Assembly (NCBI GenBank): GCA_030264375.1
Contig: JASCQW010000072.1
Span: forward strand, 54,618,822 to 54,682,821
Reading direction: 5' to 3'
Length of the DNA: 64,000 nucleotides
Source of the DNA: Carcharhinus longimanus
Lineage: Eukaryota
Part shown: positions 12,691-24,852 of the stretch, in pieces
Position numbering within the stretch: position 1 is the first letter of the stretch
Layout of the letters: every line of letters begins with the position of its first letter
The notes under the pieces: model-generated
Database searches by the model: none
What the model saw: only the letters and a program-made list of their open reading frames with translations
Told to the model about the DNA's origin: nothing
Made by a program: the position numbers and the translations under genes

Positions 12691-13670
12691 TTTGGCTGAC
12701 TGTCACATTTTGTTTTATAATGCTCCTGTGAAATACTAAAAAAATGCTTTACTACATTAAAGGTGCTATATAAATACAAGTTTTTGCTCTGCTTTCCGGA
12801 CAGTGGTGTATAAGAATCCACAGGGTGCATTTATGCCTTATTGAGATACGATCTGATAAGTTTAGCATGCTTGGGAGGAACAGGTGAATTTGGGCCTGTT
12901 TCCAAAGCTCTCCATCAGAATTTTTTTTGTCTCACATCTGGTGTGCTGTAAATTAATTGATATAAATTGATTGCTATAATTAGTTGACAACTCCATAATC
13001 ATTGTACTGTACAACTACCAGCATGGAATCTTTTCATCAAGCAATTCCTATGTTGCTAATAAATTCAGCAAATTGAACTTAATTTATATATAATTTTGTT
13101 TGTCACGTTCGGCACAGTATAAGGGCAATACTCAGGCCATTGAGCCAGAAAGTTGTGAGTTCAAACTCCACTCCTGGATAAGGATGCCTAAACTAGGCTG
13201 AGACAAGTGCCAAAGGAAGGTGCCACCTTTTGGGCAAATTGGCTACCTAATTTTACCACATTAAAACAGTGATTACACTTAAAAAGTACTTTTCCGGCTG
13301 TCAAGCATTTTGGGATATTCTGAGGTCATGGAAGGCAGTATAAATGAATTAATGATTTTTCTCCTTTCCCAGACCCCAAAACAAACATGGGGATCTTGTT
13401 GCATAATTAACCTACACCTATTGATTGAAATGGAGGCAGCATGCCAACTTCTTGCTGCATACTTTCTCATAATGATTTCTGCATGCTGCCAGCACTAACT
13501 GTGCTGTTCATTAACTGCATGCATTAGCAAGGGGCCCAAAAATCATAATTCTGGACCAAAGCTTAAAGCTAGCCTGTACTTCTTAAAGATAGCCTGCATC
13601 TCTTAAAGGTGGAGTGGATTGTGGCTGGAAGCAGTGCTGGGTTTGTGAAGGGAATCTGACTTAGGAAAGA

Positions 13671-13925
13671 ATGAAGAATTGTGTAAAAGGGAGAAAGTGC
13701 ACTCCAAGCTTTTTGGACACTGCACTGGAGGTCTTGGTGCAGGTCGTGGTAATAAGGAGAGATGTCATGTATCTACAGCAGGGCCAAAGATCTTCCAGAC
13801 ACACAGTAAAAAGGCAAAAGGAGAAGATAGTCATTGAGGTCATTGCCAAGGTTCGAGCCCTAAGGAATTGGATGAAATGCTACAAGAAGATCAGTTTATA
13901 TCAAACAAGTAAACAAGGTCAGTGA
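13671..13925 (+). mobile_element. Harbinger-type Myb/SANT-like gene fossil (first exon)
   Basis: TPSFLDTALEVLVQVVVIRRDVMY...RNWMKCYKK resembles the Myb/SANT-like DNA-binding protein of Harbinger transposons; ends at a donor-like AAG|GTCAGT. Confidence 0.6.
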
Positions 13926-14070
13926 ATGCTTCTTAAAATGCTACATTTCACCAACTGTGCCACTAGCCTGAGCCAAAGAGTAAATGATCACTCTACCATC
14001 ACTCACCTCACAATCAGTCATCTACAATCAGAGACAGTGGGAGCTAATCAGAGTGGAGCACTTACTTGCG

Positions 14071-14915
14071 TGTCATAACCTTGGGATGATAATAGTACAA
14101 CTAATATGGACATTGTATACAAGTTCCCTTGGTAACAAGCAATGACTTGCCCAGGTGGAACTCATCGCCTAAGCGCTTTATAAGGGAGACACTGGGCAGG
14201 GTCTGCAGAACTGTTGCCCTAGTAGGGATGTGTGTATGTATGCCATACATTCAGGGTAGTGGTTTTATTTTGTGTTCAACAATAAATACATTTGGGCCGT
14301 CTGAATTATTTTATATATATGTGTTTATGGGGAACGTTTAAAAATTTGGCTTTATGTTGCACACAGCTGGTATATCTGGGGGAATGCAACTCAGATGCTG
14401 GGTAAGCAGGATAATTCTTCACTTTAACCTTGCAAATGGTTATATTAAGTAGTGTTTGTTTACTCAAATTTCCCTGGGATTTCTGATTAGAGTGATTTGA
14501 TGGGGTCATATGATGTTGTGGTTTGAGTGCAGTCCTGGGTTTGAAGCAAAGAAAAAAGGCTCTTGCAGAAAGAAGTTTAGCTTAAGCTTGGTTGAAGTTA
14601 AGGATTTTGCAGTCTTCTGGAACTAACTCTTTCTTTCTGAAAGCTTCAAAACTGTCTACACTCATAGCAAGTATATTTATGGTTGCTAACTGTATTTAAT
14701 GTACCAATTGAGTCTAAGTGGAATTTTGCTTATTTGAAACAGTAAGTTTGAAATTGTTTCCTTTTCATTTGGTAGTTGTATTTAAACTATTACTAAATGT
14801 TTTACTATCAAAGATCCCTAATTTAACAGTGGAATTACTTCTGAAGCAAAATATCCTATTGTCACATTTATGTCAAAATAGAAAAAATATTGGAGCCTAG
14901 TCTGGTGTCCTAACA
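14071..14915. mobile_element. possible solo LTR
   Basis: Begins TGTCATAA, ends CCTAACA (TG...CA) and appears to interrupt Harbinger-like sequence; no clear TSD. Confidence 0.35.
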
Positions 14916-17393
14916 ACTTCAAGGGAGGAAGTAGTGCTTGTCATTATTGAATAGCCATTTCTGATGCCATTACCCACTAGCTAGTTCTGAAACCATTGAA
15001 GAGGACGGTATCTTCATACCTATTCTTTTTCTCAGATACCACTTACTGCTGCATATCAGTCTCTTCTGATTACAACTTGCAGATGGTGTAAGCATGCCTT
15101 ACTTTCACCTTTCTCCTCACCATAACCTTAGAATGACAATGTAGACACAATTTTTCACTTGATTCACACATGCAGCCACAGCTCAGATCCTGACGATGTG
15201 CATTTTTAGAGATGGGATCAAGAGACACTGGGTGTGTGGGGGCTGCAGCCAAGGCAAAGTGCAAGTACCAACTGACCAGAGGGTGAAGCCTCTCTCACCT
15301 CTTGATGGGGACATCAATGAGTCCACCTGCAGAAGCATGTTGATAGGTGTATGCAACAAATGTTTAGTTCATTCGGCAAGCCTGTCAAAGTTCAGGAACT
15401 TGGCATTGGGCTTGTTCAGGGCCTGGCCCCCACCTTTCCCAGTAGGGAAGTGGTGGTCAACTGTGGATGATGCAGCATATGATGGTAGGTGTCACAAATT
15501 CCATTGCAGTGCAAGCAGTAACTGCCCATTGTCCTTGTGCTGCTGTGGAAGATCAGACTGTTGTCATGCAAACTCCGATTCCCGCTGTTATGGCTGTGGA
15601 TCATAGTGTTCAAAGGGACTTGGAGGTGGCACTGTCATTCAGCAGTCTGTCTTCCAACAAATTACATGGATTGTTGAGATATTGCCTGTTAATTATATCC
15701 ATTAAGGTTCAGTGTATATATAGTGAAAGGCACCAATTGGATGGTTTCTTATGCATATAAAGAGAGATACTACTGATGCAGGGTGTGAATCAAACAAGAT
15801 ATCGCCCCATAATTTAATAATAAATCTATACCAAGTGAAGATTGACAATGTTTTTTTTCACCAGCTGGCTCTCAGGAATATAAAACTGCCCAATGGTGTG
15901 GCAGTGGCTTTTTTGGAGTACAAACTTCCTAGTAGCATTTGTGCTTCCACCCCTGCTTCTGTGTCATCTTGTTTTCCATCAGCCAGTAGTCCCTCAGGTT
16001 GCGGCTGTCCATGTTGAGATGGTGCTTTGTGCTGCTGTGACTGCTAAACCCAGAGTTGCTCAGTCATTCTCTAAGGCCATCTGCATTTTCCATCAGCCAT
16101 GCTTCAATCACTGGGATGTGCAAACATGTACTGCGAGAAGGCATGATTTCATTGATCACTTTGGCATTTAATGTTAATTTTTGCATTGCAGCCAAGTGGA
16201 TGCTGTGGTATTCAGTGATAGAGAGAAAGAAAAGTCTTGGGCTGTTGGTGAATGGGAAATTGAGATGTTAGTTACTGGTATTGCACCCAAATTATGTCTG
16301 CAAGGACAGCAGAGTAGAAAGGGGCATTTAAGGTTCATTCTACAGTGTTTGGTGCTTTCTATCATTCTTTCTGGTTAAAGGTCTACAGGGAGTGATGTGC
16401 CAGGTATTAGAGGATTGTTTGCTGACTTCAGGCCTTCAGAACAAACTTCCAGACATGGGTGCACTGGTAAATGAGACAGGGAGAATAAGCAGAGATGATA
16501 CACAGCAAAGACAAGTTGCTGGGAAAATAATTAGCATCCCTCATAATGGCAAGGTGGTCAGCACATAATAGACCACAATGAATCTTGACACACTTCTTGC
16601 TGGGTACTGTTGACACAGCTGACAGCAGAACGAAACATCATAACTACTGCCAGGATACCTGACCTTAATGATTTGTTCATTGCCTGTGGTCACACACCAG
16701 TTGGATGTTGAGAAAGTGGAATGACTTTTGATTCTAGTGTAAGAATGATAATGATTCAGTATTGACTACAGGGAGTCAATGGCACTGTGCACCGTGGGGT
16801 AAGCCTACAGTGTTGTCCTTACCCTGTACTGTGGTTGCACTTGTGGCTACAACAGGTGACAGATTTCAGTGAGGGCATCCATAGTGAAATGTAGGATCTC
16901 ACAATCTGTTCCTTGCTAAGGTTCACACAGGATTGAATTGGTGGATGTGGCTTTCTGCTGAGAGCTCTTCTCATGCTCTGCATGACTATAGAAAGCACCA
17001 AACACAATCATAGCAACAGCCTAAAGAAATTAATCAGGAGCTAACCTCTCAATGGTTGGTGATTTGTATAAATAGAGGGAGGAATCCTTACTTCTTAACA
17101 TGGGTTCAACCGTTCAAAGTTAAGAGAGTGCACTGACTGGAGGGCTGAGCTCCAAAACAGCACTGCTAACATCAAATCGGTGTTGCATGCTGGATGACAT
17201 TATGATTTGCCTGCCCTGCATAATTCAGATGAACGTCAGCCATGTTTGTGCTAATGGCCTCACCAAAGTAATTTGTGACAGAGATGTACACACACACATC
17301 AAATTCTATTTTGGTTCCTTTCAACAGAGGCTATTTGCTCCCCCGCCAACTCTGAGGGATGACAGTAAACATTAGATGACATATTCTACGCAC

Positions 17394-17573
17394 CTGGTAG
17401 AGGATTGCTGTTGCTTGTTTTTCTTTGAGGTGGAGCTTGAAGTGGGCTGTTGTCTCATTACATGAGCGACTCCAATATTTAATGGCTGGGCAGATGGCAG
17501 GGTTACGTGACTTGCCAGCAGGGCCGGCTGCTGCATGATGGTATTGTAATGGCTGGTGTGTGGATGAGAGTTC
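17394..17573 (-). CDS. HIPK2: HIPK2 coding exon (exon 11 equivalent)
   Basis: 180 bp, phase 2/2; cag|G...AG|gtgcgt; (R)[59 protein letters not shown](R). Confidence 0.95.
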
Positions 17574-18848
17574 CTGGACCAAACAAAAGGAGATTAAAGG
17601 AGATCATTGTGCTCACTCAGCACACAGCAACAACACATGTTTTACTGGTTAGAAGTAGTCAACCTTCTCCCAGAAATTTTCTCACTGCAGAGTTCTTCAC
17701 GTTATTGAAGGAAAAGGGGAAACAGGTTTTGTGTTTGACGTGGGCTGGACTTGCAATGGCCTCTTTCATTTACTCAGTTTCACAAATTCCAGGGCATTAT
17801 AATGCTGGGTAGGGTCATAATTGGAGAAGTAGAACTGACAAGTGACACATTTCTTTCCAATTCTTACGTGCCTAACTTGTGACAATTCTCCTTGACCTTT
17901 GTGGAACCAAGCCTCCTTAATACCTCCATTGATGGGAGACAAACAGCATCAAACAATTCTGAATGATGTGACCAGCAAGTGGCAGTCCTCTGAGTAGGAA
18001 AAGAGGGAGAGAGTGACCAGTTTCTTTGCAGGGTCAAGTTAGATCCACCAGGACACACTGGTCACTTATTGATGGGATTTTGGAATTGAGGCAAGCTTTC
18101 ATGGCAGTGTCAGCTTTCTGACACTGAAATACTTCAGTGATGACAAACCAGTTAGTCTGGATCAGTGATGGCACCTGAAAGAATAAGACCTGCTCTACAG
18201 ATGTATGAAAAAAGATGTCGAAACATTCTGCATACCATTTACCCACCCTTTGGTACATTATCTCCTTGGTGACATAGCATTGGGAGCCGGGGATGTTTTC
18301 TACTCAGCTGCAAATAATCCTGAAAGTCAACAGATATTACCAGCCTGAAGCTAACAGTGCTCTGTACTAGCAAATTATGTGGTATGTGTTTTTTAAACTC
18401 CTGTACATGCTTAGGTGGAGACTCTGATGATTTTTAGGTGAAGACATAAAATCAGGCTATATCCTGCCAGGAGAATGCTGACTCTACATTTAATCTTTCA
18501 ATAGTGTGCTTGGGGTGGTCAGAGAGGGGACGGGTCTCCTTTTCTTGCCCTGCCACTTTCGGCTCACATTCAACCCTTCTTGCCTTTTATATTTTGGCTT
18601 GTTGTCTTCTCGTCTCCTGGATCTCTTCAATTTTATTCACGTTAGTCTTGTATTTCAACTAACTAACACAGGGGCTCAGCAACCTACAGTTGTGATGATG
18701 ACATTAGCCAGACCATTACAGAGTGCCATAAGTCTGTCAGGCCAAGCTGTCTCGAGGCTTTGCTAAACTAAATGCTTTCTAATTATGTTGACAAGATGGC
18801 AGAAAATTAAGTAATCTAATTTTAATTAACGAGACCCGTTGAACCCAC

Positions 18849-18991
18849 CTCCAGTCTGTCAGTTGCTGGGTTCCTGCCATCGTCTCTGGAAGAACAGTAG
18901 TATGCTGCATCGAGGTATGGGCTGCCACACCAGTTAGCTGCTGCCAGGCTGGAGGCAAAAGGATCTGTTGGGTCCCACCAGGCCATGCCTG
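18849..18991 (-). CDS. HIPK2: HIPK2 coding exon (exon 10 equivalent)
   Basis: 143 bp, phase 0/2; tag|CAG (NAGNAG)...AG|gtgggt; [47 protein letters not shown](R). Confidence 0.95.
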
Positions 18992-21743
18992 CTACAAAGA
19001 AGCAAAACAAAATAAGGAATACTCATGAGGTTAAGGGGAATGGGCGGTTACAACAATGCCTCCCCCCACATCACCCCCTCAACCCCTGTACTCATTTTTC
19101 CAAGTTGCCAGAAACTCTGTTCCAAGTTTTGACTGACTCAATTAATTGAACATCGCCACACTGAAACTGTGGCAACTTTGTTGATGAAAGATTCTCACAC
19201 AAAATTATTATTTGTTTGGTTCAAGTATTTCCCATTACAACTTGTATAAGGTTTAATGTTAATGAACTCGTGATAGTTTCACGCTTCCTCATCAGTAACA
19301 TGTTTAAGTCCAATCCTGCTTCTACTCACTTTTCTAAGATCTGAATGGAGAAGAATACCCATCATTTGGATTAAATATGGAACAGTCCTACCTGCCTGCT
19401 TTAGTGAACATGAAAGCCTCAAGTTATTCCATCAGCCAGCATCATCAAAAACAGATTAATTTCACAAGAAGGAAGCCATTTTGTGCTGTCTCTTTCCACT
19501 AGCTGTTAAAACTAATTTTACTGCTTTGCTTTCTCCCTGTCTGTTCCTCTGCTTCAAATGTTTATCTCCTTCCTTTCAAGATGCAATGCTGTCTACTTCA
19601 ACCATTCCTGCTGGCAAAACATTCCACGCTCCAAAATCCCCCCTAGATAGAGAAATTTTACCAACCTAGTCGCTGCACAAAGTGATGGTTTTAAATTGAT
19701 GATCCCACTTCACTTACTATACAATCTGTGAAAATAGTCTTTCCATATTCACTCTACCAATGCTCTGCACAAAGTTATAACATTTGTTTACATCTCTTAT
19801 GCTTCTTGTAATGAAGAAGGCTTCTATGTCCCAAGCCCTCTCACATAAATAGTTTCCATTGGCAAAATCATAATGAATCTATCCTGGATGTTCTCTAGGA
19901 ATTTACAGGAGGATTTAAAAAAATCAATGGATTTTTTCAACAAAGAGCCGGTGAATTCTCTTCAGTGTTCCGGACAATATTTATCCTTCAGCTAACTATA
20001 ATCAAATAAAAAAAAAGAAAAGGGGTGATCTTGAGCCCATGTTTGCCATTTGCAGAAATGCCAGTAGGAGTTCAAGATCCAGAAAGACCCAGAGATGGCA
20101 AATCTCGCTGGTGAGATTGCAATTTCAGAGTTTTGCTGCCCCCTTGTTATCAAATTCATGCCCATACAAGATCAATTTTAATAAATTTGCATATTATTAA
20201 TAGCCCCCCCCACCATGCCAGATATTGAACCCCTGCTGTACTTTAAAACTGTGTTGACGTGGCAAATGCTGATCATGGGAGGAGGAGGTGTTAATTGTTT
20301 GGTCTGGGAAGGATGTCCTTTAAAAAATGGTGCCCCAATCTCAGTGCTGCCTGGCTTTGCCAGCTTGTAGAGTGCCTGTTCCCCCCACCCAAGTATGAAA
20401 CATGCCCACCTGTTTTTATTGATAGAATGTGGTAAGATCCGGAGAGAAAACGGGCATGTTTCTCTGGAGAGAAACATGCCATTTTTATTTTCTGAAACCA
20501 ACACTTCCGTTTTTTTGTTAAGATTTCACCCAGAATATCTAGTCAGTATCATACTGCGGGAGCTTGCTTTGTGTAAATTGATTGGCCTAACCCAAAACAG
20601 TAGGACTACACTGCGAAAGTACTTTCACTTTAAATAAAGCATTTTGGATGCTGCAATGTCATGATAAGCTCTATATAAATGCAAGGTTTTCTTTATTTGC
20701 ACCCAACATCCAAAGACATTCACTTTCCAAAAAGATCACTGGATAAAAGCAAAGTACTGTGGATGCTGGAGATCTGAAATAAAAACAATGTGCTGGAAAA
20801 ATTAGCTTTTGTCAATCATTGGATAGTGAACAGGAGTGAAATCTCTTTTTCTTGCCCCAAGGGTGGAGGTACAAAAATCACTTCCAGCAGCCACTCAACC
20901 AGTAGTTCATTTGAAATTAGTTGCCTCAGTAAAGACTAAAGCCTGGATTTTGGCAACTAAGACAGATAACATGAATAGGAAAATTTCCCGACATGCTGAA
21001 ACCACCTCGGTAAAGTCAAAATGCATGATTTTTGCTCTGGAGTATGGGGAGGGTTAGAGCTGGGCACGCTGACCCCAGAAGCAAAGTGTCGGCAGTCATA
21101 GATCAGGCAGATGCTGAAGTAGGCAGGAAACCTGTCTTGGCTGTCTAGAACTTCTTCAAAGCTGTTTTAGAAATCTTTCGGGTCTTTTGCCCTCACCCCT
21201 CGTCTCCACCCAACCCACATGACCCCTGATACCTGCCACGCCAATTTAAGCCCCCTTTTCCACTCTCCATGGCCCCTCATAACTTGCATGTCAACTCATG
21301 TCTGCACATAGTCCTTTATATCCTTTGTTCCTACCTCCACTGCCTCTCACGCGATATACACCATGGATAGACCTCAGGGCCAGGTGGAGATGAAAAAAAA
21401 TTAAAGACCTAATACAGTTTTCACACCTAAACAATGATAGTGAAAATAAATCTCATTCATGAAATCCATTCAAAGCTTTAAAATCTCAGTGTTTCATCTC
21501 TTATAAATACAAACTTCTAGTCAAACCCAGTATTAAAGACATTTAATCACTTAATGTCCTATTTAAGCTCTCAACCAAATTGTGTGTTCAGAACCCCCTT
21601 TTAAGATAATTGTAGCTTTTGAAATTCAGCCAAGCATTCAAAATGACATAGTTATAGCTCATTGGGTAAATGCTAACAAAGACCTCTATTGAAACAAAAC
21701 CAGATGCTACTTTTTCTCCTAACCTACCCCTGCCAGTCAAAAC

Positions 21744-21829
21744 TATGATGTGGAGATGCTGGCGCTGGACTGGGGTAAGCACAGTAAGAAGTCTCACAAT
21801 AGCAGGTTAAAGTCCAACAGGTTTATTTG
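21744..21829. mobile_element. Penelope-like terminal fragment (tail plus one arm)
   Basis: ATGATGTGGAGATGCTGGCGCTGGACTGGGGTAAGCACAGTAAGAAGTCTCACAATAGCAGGTTAAAGTCCAACAGGTTTATTTG, same family as the 45.3-kb and 58.0-kb elements. Confidence 0.7.
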
Positions 21830-22106
21830 TGCTACCAATCTCAGAGCTGAGTTTGGGTCACCTTCATGAATCATGCCCTGCCTCCTTTCTTCCAAGATCA
21901 AAAAGTGAATCTGTTGGAAATAGGGGTGAGACTTCCACATCTGGGTCCATCTGCTATTTTTAAAAGTTTGCGGAGTCTTGCTGACTCTGTGAAAATCTAG
22001 CCCTATAAGTCATATCTTCTGGTTTGCACACAGTCTATGTCTATCTGCCATGAGGGGTTTGTTGAATCTTTCTGAAATGTAACACCTTCTTGATCATTCC
22101 AACTAC

Positions 22107-22228
22107 CTGTGTCAATAGGCCAGGCTGGATCTGAAGAGGCTGAGCTCCCGGAGCCTGCGTGACAATAGGAAGAGCATTCTCCATTCGGACTGAGTACCCG
22201 GCATGCTTGGTCGGGGAAGCCTGCAACC
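22107..22228 (-). CDS. HIPK2: HIPK2 coding exon (exon 9 equivalent)
   Basis: 122 bp, phase 1/0; tag|GG...CAG|gtagtt; (G)[40 protein letters not shown]. Confidence 0.96.
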
Positions 22229-23020
22229 CTATTGGCACCAATGAGAGAGCATTTAAAAAGCAAGAAGAAAAACAAACAGAGAATGAACTGTCTGAAGCAA
22301 GTACGTTCAGTCAAGATTTGAGGAACACTATTTTCAAAAGTTATGCCTCCAGGTTCTCACACTCTCTATCACTCTTTTTCATATGTAAGTGACAGACTAT
22401 TCGGCCATTGAGGTCATCATAGTTGAATCAGATCTTGTTCTCACCCAACACCCATATATGCGCTTCTCAGCAAATGGTCTGGAATGGGAACTTTGTCTGT
22501 TCCCTCTCTTCCTCCTCCTTATCACTGAGGGCTGAGGACAAATGCATAGTATTTACAGCACATATACAGGTTATCCAAACTCATTGGTCTATACGCTGAG
22601 TCTCTTCCCAATATATTTGATCGTATCCCTTTATCATATTTTGCTATTCCTTTATCGTTTATATGTGACTCTTAAATGCTCTTCACTCTTAAGTTACTCT
22701 TAAATGCATTCATGTTTTTTACCTCAAGTATTCCTTGTGATTGTGAGTGCCACAGGCCAATCACTCTATTGGTAATTAAGTTCTCCTGACTTTCCTGATG
22801 GATTTATTTGTGACTTCTTTATATTTATGGCCTGTAGTTTTGAACTCCACCTGAAAAGGATTTCTGTGTCTACCTTAGCAAAACCCTTCATTATTTTTAA
22901 GTTGGTCACTCCTCAGTCTTTTCCTTATCTCAAGAAAGAATCCCCAAACTCAAGTCTTTATTGTAACATCTCCCTTTCCCTTTGATGCACAGGCCTGGTA
23001 TCANNNNNNNNNNTCCCTTA

Positions 23021-23142
23021 GTCTGCCTAACTATTTGCTAAATGTGTTGAGCAATCTTGTTGAGGGAGGGACAGCGACAGAAAAAAACTATTTTTAGCTC
23101 AATAAGAAATAGCGTTGTATGCACTGAATTATAAAGATCTGA
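23021..23142 (+). repeat. direct repeat copy A (partner at 24732-24852)
   Basis: 44-bp perfect match 23031-23074 vs 24742-24785, with further similarity on both sides. Confidence 0.9.
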
Positions 23143-23194
23143 ATTTGCCTAAACAGCAGGGTAAATAAATTGAGTCAAACAAAACACAACTCAC

Positions 23195-23414
23195 CTTGAA
23201 ATCCAGGTGGGCACACAATCAAGGCCTGTTGGAAGGGATCAGGCCGAGCACACAGCTGTGAGGCTCCCGTCTGCAGTGGCATGCTCCGCTGGGCAACAGC
23301 TGCCATGGATGCTGCTGAAGGCTGGTAAAGTGCAGATTGGTAGTTAAGTAAGGAGACATCGGGGTTGGCAAGGGAAAGGGTGGCACTTGTGGATGTGGGA
23401 GCCAGGCTGTTGGC
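23195..23414 (-). CDS. HIPK2: HIPK2 coding exon (exon 8 equivalent), homeoprotein-interaction region
   Basis: 220 bp, phase 0/1; tag|GCC...CAAG|gtgagt; [73 protein letters not shown](G); an internal alternative acceptor would start the exon at 23321. Confidence 0.93.
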
Positions 23415-23989
23415 CTAAAGGGATGATGGGATTTAATACAAATAATAGGAGATGGTAAGCATGGCTGTTTGGGGAGGAGAAATTAAAGCATAAAGAAAGC
23501 ACAAAATCTGGGTTGAAACAATTTGATTTCCTGCAACTTAGGAAATTGAGGGTCTAAAATGTGTACATTAAAAAAAAGTGAAGAATATACATTGAGATTA
23601 TCAGATTACTTCATATATTATTAAAAGAACTATTTTGCTTTGAAATCAAATTGTTGGAGCCTTGTATTGGAAGAACAATGAATGTTCAGAAAATCCTCAA
23701 TATTCTTAACTAGCAAACTTAACATGACAGAATATTGATATAGGAGCAAAGTATCATTTAAAATTGTTACTAACTGTGGAATATAACTTTTCATATGTAC
23801 CTATTCAAACTTCTATCTCTAAATATGAAAAAACAACAAAGGGCTAACTTTCCAGTAAATAAGTGATTTGTGGATGAATGATACTAACTTTTACTGATTG
23901 ATCTTGAGGTCACATCTGAGATCAATGTAAATCCTGTAACATTAAACACTGGAATACTTAGGTGCAGGTTTGTTGCTATATGAGGCAGC

Positions 23990-24680
23990 GATACAGCATT
24001 GGTGGGGACAGGTCAATGTATGAAACTAGGGTACAGTACTGATGGAGACACATCTGTCACTATATAACATTGGGGTACAGGTCAATATATAAAACTGGGG
24101 TACAGTACCAGTGGGGACAGGTTTGTCATTGCATAACACTAGGGTACAGGTCTGTCACTGTATGAAACTGGGATACACTATTGATGGGACAGGCACAGTA
24201 CTGGTGGTCTGCCTCTGTATCACACTAGGGTACAGTACTGGTGGGGACAGGTCTGCCACTGTATAACACTGGGTACAGCACTGGTGGGGACAGGTCTGCC
24301 ACTGTATAACACCAGGGTACAGCACTGGTGGAGACAGGTCAATGTATAAAACTGGGGTACAGTACTGATGAGGACACGTCTGTCACTGTATAACACTGGG
24401 GTACTGGTCAATGTGTGAAACTGGGGTACGTTATTGGTGGTGACAAGCACAGTACTGGTGGTCTGTCTCTGTATCAGACTGTGGTACAGTACTGGTGGGG
24501 ACAGGTCTCTCACTGTACAACTCTGGGGTATGGTACTGGTGGAGACAGGTCTCTCATTGTATAACTCTGGGGTATGGTACTGGTGGGGACAGGTCTGTAA
24601 CTGTATCACACTGGGGTATGGTACTGGTGGGCACAGGTCTGTCAGGATATAACACTGTGGCACAGTACTGGTAGCAGAAG
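23990..24680. repeat. ~44-bp minisatellite, roughly 15 degenerate units
   Basis: Unit CAGTACTGGTGGGGACAGGTCTGTCACTGTATAACACTGGGGTA; period 44 at 24487/24531/24575. Confidence 0.92.
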
Positions 24681-24731
24681 GTCCCTTCACTTTAGATGCA
24701 AAAACCTGGTGTCAATCCCAGCACTCTCTTG

Positions 24732-24852
24732 GTCTGCTTAGCTATTTGCTAAATGTGTTGAGCAATCTTGTTGAGGGAGGGACAGTGGTAGGAGAAATTA
24801 CTTCTAGCTCAATAAGAAATAGTGTTGTATGCACTGAGTTATAAAGATGTGA
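24732..24852 (+). repeat. direct repeat copy B (partner at 23021-23142)
   Basis: Aligns to copy A over ~120 bp, with weaker similarity extending ~45 bp upstream. Confidence 0.9.

Noticed and set aside
23990-24680. CRISPR-like array or repetitive 156-aa ORF
   Set aside because: The units are contiguous with no unique spacers, in vertebrate intronic DNA; the ORF is a by-product of the minisatellite.
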